The notes beneath the pieces are model-generated. The model had not been told where the DNA came from. It searched no databases and saw only the letters and a list, made by a program, of their open reading frames with translations. The position numbers were made by a program, and so were the translations under genes. Below are positions 15,154 through 23,137 of a stretch of DNA of 32,000 nt, in pieces. The DNA is from an uncultured Candidatus Cenarchaeum sp. (GTDB lineage Archaea; Thermoproteota; Nitrososphaeria; Nitrososphaerales; Nitrosopumilaceae): positions 2,114,983-2,146,982 of the forward strand of contig OY282369.1 in the NCBI GenBank assembly GCA_958295735.1, read 5' to 3'. Each line of letters opens with the position of its first letter. Position 1 is the stretch's first letter.

Positions 15154-17127
15154 TTATGACGGGCCTACCGCATCCCTGTCGGCTTTGGATATCCTGTTGA
15201 GCAACGTCGCCAGCCTTGTGACGCCTTTGTTTTTTTCAACATAGTCGCCGTACGCATTGCGTGCGCTTTCAATCAGCTGGTCGTAAAACACTATTCGCGC
15301 CCCGAATGCTTTAAGAGCATTTTCGTCTTCGCTGCGTTCTCTCGAATTTTCCCAGTCTTTTGGAAGCCTGCCCAGCACGCAGATTACTTCGACCGGCTTT
15401 TCGCCGCCTGATTTCTCAAGAACTTTAGATGCTGCACTTTTGTACTTTTTGAGCTGCGCAAACAACCCCGTTATGTCCGTGCTCGCTTCCGGGCGCTTCA
15501 ACTCTATTATGACGTGCTTGTTCCCGGTCGTCCTGTACTGGATGTCCAGCCTGGCGCGCTTCTCCTCGTCGGTAAGCCCCGCGATCGCGCCGCCCAGCGC
15601 TTTTTTCATGCCGGATTCCATGGCTTCCGGGGCGGAGGCCCTCTCCCATGAGGGATCCAGGAGCCAGAGGTGATCGAACAGGTGCTTTTGGATGATTTTT
15701 TCCTTCGCGTTCTGATCGCGCAAGTCGCTGAACTTCTCGAGCACCTTCAGGCGGGTTTTGGCGGTCTGGTAGTACGCGCTGGCTTCCAAGTCGTCAATCT
15801 GCGGGAGCAGCTCCGCCAGGACCTCCAGGTTGCTGACGTCGATGTCGTCCAGGCGGTCTAGCGCGTCCCTGAATTTGAGGTTCTCGAACGCCAGCATTCC
15901 GCTCACGAACAGCTGCCTCCTCGCATCGTCGCCGTCCAGCGACAGCGCGTTGATGCGCCCGAAGATCCTCTTCGCCTGGTTCCTGTAGCCTTGGGGCAGG
16001 CCGTCGAACCACTCGCGGATCGCCGGCATTTCCAGCGCCGCCTTGGCGCCCTCCTCGTTCCTTAATTCCGCCCACTTTGCCTCCACGGCCTCGACGTCCC
16101 GCCGGAGTTTTTCCTTCAGCGCCACGTACCTGGGATCGTCCTCTATGATAAGATGCCTGCCGGTCGTCGCGATGTCCGGCATGTCGTCCCTGTCCAGGAA
16201 ATCCGCGTGTATCTCCCCGACCACGTGCCTGTCGCACGCTCCCCCTCCGAGGGAGCCCGGCACGCCTTCCTGGGCCATTTTTCCCCTGATCAGGACGGCG
16301 ATCCTGTTGAAGCTCCCGCCGCCGGCATCGTCCTCCAGCTGGCTCGGCTTTTCCACCGTCCCTATCCAGCCGCCGACGCGCTCCGTGATGCCGCCCGCCT
16401 CGACCTCGGGATCCAGGCGGAACGTCCTGGACGCCGACCCGGGGAACTCGTCGCCGCCGTCCCCGCCGAAGAGCCACGCGTACTGCAGTTTTCCGCGGCA
16501 GTTCGCGTCTTCGGCGGCGATCTGCGTCCCGTCGACCGAGACTTCGAACCCGTGCGCGCCGCCGATGATGCCGAACCTGCGCGCGAGCCCCTTCCTCAGC
16601 GATTTCGGGTAGAACGTCCTCGGCTTGATGTCCGTCAAGGTGATGCGCGTCCCGGCTTCCAGGTCGCCGGCCGCCCCGACGTTCGGGGGGTGGTACGCGG
16701 GGGCCCCGCCGCGCAGCGCGCTTTCGATGTCCTTTGCCCTCATCTCGAACTCGTGGCTCTCGCCGTCCTTGGCGCTGTGCACCGTGACCGTACCGGCTAT
16801 GGAGAACAGCGACAGTTTTCCTATCCCCTTGCGCCCCATCACGGGCCTGCCGCGGCGGGCGGTCTTCGCCTCCCCCATTTCCCGGCGCGCGTACCCGGAG
16901 CGCAGGTACTTCTCGTTGGCGTCGCTCACGGTCATCCCGCTCCCGTCGTCCTGTATGGTGATCGTCCCGCCCGGGCCCGTGCGTATATCGACGCGCCCCG
17001 CATCCGCGTCCCACGCGTTGGCGACGGCCTCGGCGAGGGCCGCGGGGATGCTGCCGTGCAGGCTTATGCCCAGATGCTTGAGCGCGTCGAGGCCCACCCG
17101 CATGGTGTACGCGTGATCGCCCGCCAT
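15154..17127 (-). CDS. GHKL (Bergerat-fold, MORC/MutL-like) ATPase fused to a C-terminal PD-(D/E)xK nuclease-like domain, paralog 1 (657 aa)
   Basis: N-box EAVANAWDAD (ExxxNxxD), G1 box QDDGSGM (DxGxG), G2 box GRKGIGKLS (GxxGxG). The C-terminus has KHLFDHLWLLDPSWE ... LDIQYRTTGNKHVIIELKRPE (D...ExK). Confidence 0.8.
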   Translation of the reverse strand: MAGDHAYTMRVGLDALKHLGISLHGSIPAALAEAVANAWDADAGRVDIRTGPGGTITIQDDGSGMTVSDANEKYLRSGYARREMGEAKTARRGRPVMGRKGIGKLSLFSIAGTVTVHSAKDGESHEFEMRAKDIESALRGGAPAYHPPNVGAAGDLEAGTRITLTDIKPRTFYPKSLRKGLARRFGIIGGAHGFEVSVDGTQIAAEDANCRGKLQYAWLFGGDGGDEFPGSASRTFRLDPEVEAGGITERVGGWIGTVEKPSQLEDDAGGGSFNRIAVLIRGKMAQEGVPGSLGGGACDRHVVGEIHADFLDRDDMPDIATTGRHLIIEDDPRYVALKEKLRRDVEAVEAKWAELRNEEGAKAALEMPAIREWFDGLPQGYRNQAKRIFGRINALSLDGDDARRQLFVSGMLAFENLKFRDALDRLDDIDVSNLEVLAELLPQIDDLEASAYYQTAKTRLKVLEKFSDLRDQNAKEKIIQKHLFDHLWLLDPSWERASAPEAMESGMKKALGGAIAGLTDEEKRARLDIQYRTTGNKHVIIELKRPEASTDITGLFAQLKKYKSAASKVLEKSGGEKPVEVICVLGRLPKDWENSRERSEDENALKAFGARIVFYDQLIESARNAYGDYVEKNKGVTRLATLLNRISKADRDAVGPS

Positions 17128-17219
17128 CGCTCCTCAGATGTCACTATGCTCCTGCCTATAACCCTTCCAAGATCCAGTCACCGCATTCCCTGTCAGCCTC
17201 GCCACGGGGCGGCAGACAG
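17128..17219 (-). pseudogene. Stub of the dcm 3' end (about 90 bp) retained upstream of paralog 1
   Basis: It aligns to the region of the intact dcm encoding PVARLIGNAVPVELGRAIGRSIV (25250-25335). A 2-nt deletion is present, and homology stops at ..GCCTCGCCACGGGG. Confidence 0.8.
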
Positions 17220-18264
17220 GGCCATGGTCGGGGGCGAGAGCGGGAGGAACTTCCGCCCCGTCCGGGGAGGTGGGCGCGGCGTACTCCCCCCCTGCTCGGC
17301 CTCACGTGGCGAGAGCGGGAGGAACTTCCGCCCCGTCCGGGAGGAGTGGATAACGGGGGCGATAGACCGGTGCGAAAGGCGGCTGGCGCCGGCGTTCTTC
17401 GGGCGGCGGGGCGGGATCGAGCCATAGTTGGGCGGGCGGACCGTCCGCGGCAGGCAGTGCGGCGAGTACCCCGGACTGCGGCGGGGGACGATCCTTCGGG
17501 CGCGCGCTTCGACAGATGTTCTGAATCGCTGATATGTCCATGTGCGTAAGGCGGGGGACGATCCTTCGGGCACGCGCTTTGACGGGGACGGGTTCGCGGA
17601 GGCGTGCCGCAGGCGCGGGGGAGAAGCGCGCGCGGTCCGGTCAGGGCCGGGCCGGGCTCCCGCCCGCCGGCCCGGCGGCCGCGGCGGGCGCCGGCCCGAA
17701 CTGGCGGGGCTACCCCCCGATGCGGGGCGGCGGCGGGGCGCGCGGGCCCGCGGCCGGGGCGCCGCGGCCGGGCGGAGCCGGCAGGCCTCGGGCGGTGCCG
17801 AATGCCCGCGGCACGCCCGCCGCCGGCGCGGGGGGCGGAGGGAGGGGGAGAGGCGGGGGCCAGGCGGCGCTCGCCTGGAAAAGCCCCGGCCGCCTGTGCA
17901 CGTGCAAGCACGACGCGGTAGGAGGCGGGGGCCAGGCGGCGCTCGCCTGGAAAAGCCAGCGGCGAAGAACGGCGGGACGGCGCCGGGCCCGCCTGCGCTT
18001 CCACGGCATCGGGGGGCCGGCCCGCCGACAGCTCCCCGGGCCGGGCCCGCGCCGCGCCGCTCCGCGGGCCGGGCGGGCGGATCGCGGGCGGCCCCGCGGC
18101 CGCGGGATGCGCGTCGGGCTTTGCGGCGTGCACCACGATCCGGGGCGCGCGGCAGGCGCGCGGGTGCAACAGGGTCCGTGCGGGCGCGCAACCCCGCGCC
18201 GGGGGGAATCGGGCGGCCTTGTACAATCCGGCGCTTGCAACGCGCGCTGCGGCGTTGTCTCCGT
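17220..18264. repeat. Hyper-GC noncoding spacer, paralog B
   Basis: Collinear with spacers A and C. It carries three copy-specific 70-75-bp additions (see findings). Confidence 0.85.
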
Positions 18265-20241
18265 TTACGACGGGCTTATCGCATCCCTGTCCGTTTTGGA
18301 TATCCTGCTGAGCAACGTAGCCAGCCTTGTAATGCCCTCGTTTTTTTCAACATAGTCGCCGTATGCCTTTTGGGCGTTTTCAATCAACTGGTTATAAAAC
18401 ACTATTCGCGCCCCGATTGCCCCAAGGATGTCGTTGGCTATTCTGCGCTCACTTGATTTTTCCCAGTCTTTTGGAGGCCTGCCCAGCACGCAGATGATTT
18501 CGACTGACTCTTCCTTGCCGAATCCTTCAAGGACTTTGGCTGTTGCATCATAGTATTTTCTAAGCTGAGCAAACAATTCCGTTGCATTCGTGCTCGCTTC
18601 CGGGCGCTTCAACTCTATTATGACGTGCTTGCTTCCGGTGGTTCTGTACTTGATGTCCAGCCTGGCGCGCTTCTCCTCGTCGCTAAGCCCCTCGATTGCA
18701 CCGTCCAGCGCTTTTTTCATGCCGGACTCCATGACCTCCGAGGCGGAGACCCTCTCCCAAGACGGATCCAAGAGCCACAAGTGATCGAACAGGTGCTTTT
18801 GGATGATTTTTTCCTTCGCGTTTTGATCGCGCAAGTCGTTGAATTTCTTGATCACCTCCAGGCGGGTTTTGGTGGTCTGGTAGTACGCGCTGGCTTCCAA
18901 GTCGTCAATCTGCAGGAACAGATCCGCCAAGACCTCCAGGTTGCTGACGTCGATGTCGTCCAGGCGGTCGAGCATGTCCCTGAGTTTGAGGTTTTCGAAC
19001 GCCAGTATTCCGCTCACGAACAGCTGCCTTCTTTCGTCGTCGCCGTCCAGCGCCAGGGCGTTGATGCGCCCGAAGACCCTCTTCGCCGGTTTCCTGTGGC
19101 GCGGGGGCAGGCCGTCGAACCACTCGCGGATCGCCGGTATGTCCAGCGCCACCTTGGCGCCCTCCTCGTTCCTTAATTCCGCCCACTTTGCCCTTACTGT
19201 CTTTACATCCTGCCGGATTTTTTCCTTCAGCGCCCCGTACCTGGGATCGTCCTCGATGATCAGCTGCCTGCTGGTCGTCGCGATGTCCGGCATGTCGTCC
19301 CTGTCCAGGAAATCCGCGTATATCTCCCCGACCACGTACTTGCTGTGCATTCCGCCATCTTCAAAGGATCCCAGCATGTCTTCCTGGGCCATTTTTCCCC
19401 TGATCAGGACGGCGATCCTGTTCAGGCTTCCGCCGCTAGCGTCGTCCTCCAGCTGGCTCGGCTTTTCCACCGTCCCTATCCAGCCGCCGACGCGCTCCGT
19501 GATGCCGTCTACCTCAACCTCTGGATCCAAGCGGAACGTCCTGGACGTCGCCCCGGAGAACTCGCTGCGGCCGTTCTCGCCGAACAGCCACACGTACTGC
19601 AGTTTTTCATGGTAGTTCCTGTCTTCGGCGGTGATGCGCGTCCCGTCAAGCGAGACTTCGAACTGGTGCGCGCCGCCGATGATGCTGAACCTGCGCGCAA
19701 GCCTCTTCCTCAGCGATTTCGGATAGAACGTCCTCGGCTTGATATCCGTCAGGGTGATGCGCGTCCCGGCTTCCAGGTCGCCGGCCGCCCCGACTTTGGA
19801 GGGGTGGTACGCGGGGGCCTTGTCGCGCAGCGCGCTTTCGATGTCCTTTACCCTCATCTCGAACCCGTGGCTCTCGCCGTCCTTGACGCTGTGCACCGTG
19901 ACGGTGTTGGCTATCGAGAACAGCGACAGTTTTCCTATCCCCTTGCGCCCCATCACGGGCCTGCCGTGGCGGGCGGTCCTCGTTTCCCCCCTTTCCCGGC
20001 GCGCGTACCCGACGCACAGGTACTTCTCGTTGGCATCGCTCACGGTCATCCCGCTGCCGTCGTCTTGTATGGTGATCGTCTTGCCCGAGTCCGTGCGTAT
20101 CTCTACGCTCTCTGCATCCGCGTCCCACGCGTTGGCTACTGCTTCGGCGAGGACCGTGGGGATGTTGCTGTACAGGCTTATGCCCAGATGCTTGAGCGCG
20201 TCGAGGCTCACCTGCATGGTGTACGCGTGTTCGTCCGCCAT
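18265..20241 (-). CDS. GHKL ATPase / PD-(D/E)xK nuclease fusion, paralog 2 (658 aa, most diverged, lower GC)
   Basis: Same motifs as paralog 1 (EAVANAWDAD, QDDGSGM, GRKGIGKLS, KHVIIELKRPE). It has many substitutions and one extra residue. Confidence 0.8.
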   Translation of the reverse strand: MADEHAYTMQVSLDALKHLGISLYSNIPTVLAEAVANAWDADAESVEIRTDSGKTITIQDDGSGMTVSDANEKYLCVGYARRERGETRTARHGRPVMGRKGIGKLSLFSIANTVTVHSVKDGESHGFEMRVKDIESALRDKAPAYHPSKVGAAGDLEAGTRITLTDIKPRTFYPKSLRKRLARRFSIIGGAHQFEVSLDGTRITAEDRNYHEKLQYVWLFGENGRSEFSGATSRTFRLDPEVEVDGITERVGGWIGTVEKPSQLEDDASGGSLNRIAVLIRGKMAQEDMLGSFEDGGMHSKYVVGEIYADFLDRDDMPDIATTSRQLIIEDDPRYGALKEKIRQDVKTVRAKWAELRNEEGAKVALDIPAIREWFDGLPPRHRKPAKRVFGRINALALDGDDERRQLFVSGILAFENLKLRDMLDRLDDIDVSNLEVLADLFLQIDDLEASAYYQTTKTRLEVIKKFNDLRDQNAKEKIIQKHLFDHLWLLDPSWERVSASEVMESGMKKALDGAIEGLSDEEKRARLDIKYRTTGSKHVIIELKRPEASTNATELFAQLRKYYDATAKVLEGFGKEESVEIICVLGRPPKDWEKSSERRIANDILGAIGARIVFYNQLIENAQKAYGDYVEKNEGITRLATLLSRISKTDRDAISPS

Positions 20242-20296
20242 TGTGCCTCAAATGTTGCATCGTGCTCCTGCCTATAACCCTTCCAATCTCCACCGG
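20242..20296 (-). pseudogene. dcm 3' stub upstream of paralog 2, proximal part (interrupted by IS)
   Basis: ..CCTATAACCCTTCCAATCTCCACCGG is homologous to the intact dcm and ends at the IS insertion point. Confidence 0.75.
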
Positions 20297-22105
20297 GTGT
20301 AGACTTACGTCCAAACCGAAACCACGCCTAGCGGCAACAATCCGCTCCGCGATCCCACGCCCAGATCACAATGGACGTAAGTCTGATGTTGAAAATGTAC
20401 TCCCGTTTCGTGCCGGGCCGAGCGCCAAAACGGCCGGGATTTGTCGGGCTAACGGATCAGTTCCCGCGGCGCCCCGATCCGCCGGCGCGTTCCGCAGCAA
20501 CGGCGGGCCGGATCGCCGATCTTTCGTCGCCGGGAGCGCGTTCGTTGCACCGCGCGCGCCGGGCGCGCCGTGCAGGGCGGCTTACCAGGACCTGCGCGGC
20601 GCGGCCCGCCCGCGGATCGGCGCGCCGCCGCGATCGGGGAGCGGGACCGGCCCCGCCCGGGGCCGGAACGGCATCGGGCGCGGGTGATGCTGCCGGCCGC
20701 GCCGCTTCGGCGCGCGGCAAGGGTCTAAAACGCGCTAGGTCACGCACTGGAGGTAGTAGCCCCGCTTGCCCATGTCCGTCCTGATGATCTCCAGCGCGAA
20801 CTTGACCATCAGCGTCGCGAACTCGGACAGCGCCCTGCGCTTCTTCGCCGGCCGGCGCCCCGATTCCGCGGCATCCGCATCGGCGGCGTGGTTGGACGCG
20901 TACCACGTGTTGCAGTAGACCATGGCGAAGTACATCATGAACGTCCTGATCGACAGGTTCTTGCTGCTCGTCGTGGGCAGGATCTGCTTGATCGACTTGT
21001 AGGCGTTCTCTATCCTCCAGCGCTGCCTGTACAAGCCGGGGATGTCCCTCTTCATGGTCCTCCCGATCCTGCCCTGCCTGACGTTGGTGGTGAACGTGAG
21101 GTACTTCCACCTCCGCTTGCCCTTGGCCTTCACCATGCGCTTTTCGATGACCAGCCAGAATGTGAACTCCGTCCCGTCGTCCGCCTTCATCGTGTACCGC
21201 GACACCTTATTCCGCTTCCTGCGCTTGTATTCCGCCAGGGCCTTCCTGATTCCCGCCGTCTTCCTGGCGGGCATGAGGAACTTCTCCCCGGCGCCGTCAA
21301 ACGCGGACATCACGGCGACCGTGCAGAACTCGCGATCCGCGAGGAACAGCCTCGGCTTGAGCCCGGCCCGGCGCAGCTCCCCGAACATCTGTTTGACGTA
21401 GTCGGCCACCTTGACCCCGTCGACCATGCGGATGGCCCCCACGTGCGGCATGTGCGCCTTCTCCGCCACGTACGCCGTCATGTACCCGTCGAACCGCGTG
21501 GTGCCGCCCTTGGGCCTGCCGCTCACCGTCCAGCCGCCGCCGTCCTCGCCGGTGAACGGATGCAGGTGCATGTCGAACGCGATCGCCGCGCTCGCGGGTA
21601 TGTGGCCCCTCTTTATCATGGACGCGGCGGTGCGGGCGAGCATGGACTGGCCGCACTCCTCCACCAACTCGTGCGGAATTTTTGCCAGCATGCCCAGCAG
21701 CCACTGCCCCGTCGGGATCCTCTCGTCCTTGTAGAGCTCCTTCATGGCCTTGAGCGCCCTGTTGGCCGACGCCCCCTTCTCGCACATGAACACCAGCGCC
21801 GCGATCAGGGCGTGCGCGTCGTACAGCGCGTTGTGCCTGCCCGACAGGGGGATCTGGAGCGCTACTATGAGGGAGTGCAAGGTGTTAAATGCGCCGCCGG
21901 CGAGCAACTGTTGGCGTTCCGATACGCCACTGTCGTGGTACATAGTGGCGTGTCGGAGCGTCGCCTTTTAACCGCTGCTGTCCGGGGAACCGAACCGCGC
22001 GCGCGGCAACCATCCGGCCGTTTCGGCCGGCCGGGCCCGCGCCAAACCTGCAGGATCGCCCATTACGCATAGCACTAGTACATTTTCAACTTCTGAAGTC
22101 TACAC
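20297..22105. mobile_element. IS4-family insertion sequence (~1.8 kb) inserted into the dcm stub
   Basis: The termini GTGTAGACTT... and ...AAGTCTACAC are 10-bp perfect inverted repeats. They are flanked by direct repeats TCCACCGG (20289-20296 and 22106-22113; 9 bp if a C is shared). The joined flanks reconstitute the dcm sequence GCTCCACCGGCACCGCATTCCC. Confidence 0.85.
20735..21943 (-). CDS. DDE transposase, IS4 family (402 aa)
   Basis: Exact Y-(2)-R-(3)-E-(6)-K signature in YRQRWRIENAYKSIK. Candidate catalytic Asp residues lie in AFDMHLH and FLADREF. Confidence 0.8.
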   Translation of the reverse strand: MYHDSGVSERQQLLAGGAFNTLHSLIVALQIPLSGRHNALYDAHALIAALVFMCEKGASANRALKAMKELYKDERIPTGQWLLGMLAKIPHELVEECGQSMLARTAASMIKRGHIPASAAIAFDMHLHPFTGEDGGGWTVSGRPKGGTTRFDGYMTAYVAEKAHMPHVGAIRMVDGVKVADYVKQMFGELRRAGLKPRLFLADREFCTVAVMSAFDGAGEKFLMPARKTAGIRKALAEYKRRKRNKVSRYTMKADDGTEFTFWLVIEKRMVKAKGKRRWKYLTFTTNVRQGRIGRTMKRDIPGLYRQRWRIENAYKSIKQILPTTSSKNLSIRTFMMYFAMVYCNTWYASNHAADADAAESGRRPAKKRRALSEFATLMVKFALEIIRTDMGKRGYYLQCVT

Positions 22106-22144
22106 TCCACCGGCACCGCATTCCCTGTCGGCCTCGCCACGGGG
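22106..22144 (-). pseudogene. dcm 3' stub upstream of paralog 2, distal part
   Basis: TCCACCGGCACCGCATTCCCTGTCGGCCTCGCCACGGGG corresponds to the PVARL.GNAVPVE coding sequence of dcm. It shares the same end point as the stub at 17219. Confidence 0.75.
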
Positions 22145-23137
22145 CGGCAGACAGGGTTAGTTGGGGGCGGGAGCGGGAGGAGCTTCCGCCCCGCTATGGA
22201 GCGAAGGCCGGCTCCAATGCCAACGAGGAGGTGCGGCGGCGGGAGCGGGAGGAACTTCCGCCCCGTCCGGGAGGAGTGGATAACGGGTGCGATTGACCGG
22301 TGCGAAAGGCGGCTGGCGCCGGCGTTCTTCGGGCAGCGGGGCGGGATCGGGCCAAAGTCGGGCGGGCGGGCCGTCCGCGGCAGGCAGCGCGGCGAGTGCC
22401 CGTGACTGCGGCGGGAAGACGATCCCTCGGGCGCGCGCTTCGGCGGGGCCTGGTTCGCGGAGGCGTGCCGCAGGCGAGGGGGAGAAGCGCGCGTGGTCCG
22501 GTCAGGGCCGGGCCGGGCTCCCGCCCGACGCCCCTGAGGCCGCGGCTGGCGCCGGCCCGAACCGGCGGGGCTGCCCCCCGATGCGGGGCGGCAGCGTGGC
22601 GCGCGGGCCCGCGGCCGGGGCGCTCGGTCGCGACCGACCATTCGACGTCCTCCAAGAAGCGGCAGCGTGGCGCGCGGGCCCGCGGCCGGGGCGCCGCGGC
22701 CGGGCGGAGCCGGCGGGCCTCGGGCGGCGCCGAACGCCCGCGGCACGCCCGCGGCCGGCGCGGGACTGCCCTCCTTTCCAACGACGTGGGCCGGACGTTC
22801 CCGAACGCCCGCGGCACGCCCGCGGCCGGCGCGAGGGGCAGGGGGAGGGGGCGGGGGCCGGGCGGCGCTCGCCCGGAAAAGCCGGCGGCGAAAAACGGCG
22901 GGGCGGCGCCGGGCCCGCCCGCGCTCCCGCAGCATCGGGGGGCCGGCCCGCCGACGGCTCCCCGGGGCGGCCCGCGCCGCGCCGCTCCGCCCCGAGGGCC
23001 GGGCGGGCGGATCGCGGGCGGCCCCGCGGCCGCGAGGTGCGCGCCGGGCCCGTGCGGGCGCGCAACCCCGCGCCGGGGGGAATCGGGCGGCCTCGCACAG
23101 TCCGGCGCCTGCTTGCGGCGAGCGCCGCTGTCCACGT
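22145..23137. repeat. Hyper-GC noncoding spacer, paralog C
   Basis: Collinear with spacers A and B. It carries three copy-specific 71-72-bp additions. Confidence 0.85.

Noticed and set aside
16153-17427. Long plus-strand ORFs antisense to the three GHKL genes (16153..17427, 19345..20277, 24137..25480 and others)
   Set aside because: They are antisense shadows with Arg/Pro/Gly/Ala-rich composition. The minus-strand frames carry clear catalytic motifs.
17220-18264. The hyper-GC spacers as protein-coding or as a structured ncRNA gene
   Set aside because: Coding is excluded by non-triplet indels between paralogs. Beyond local palindromes I cannot support any specific RNA family from the sequence alone, so the question is left open rather than called.
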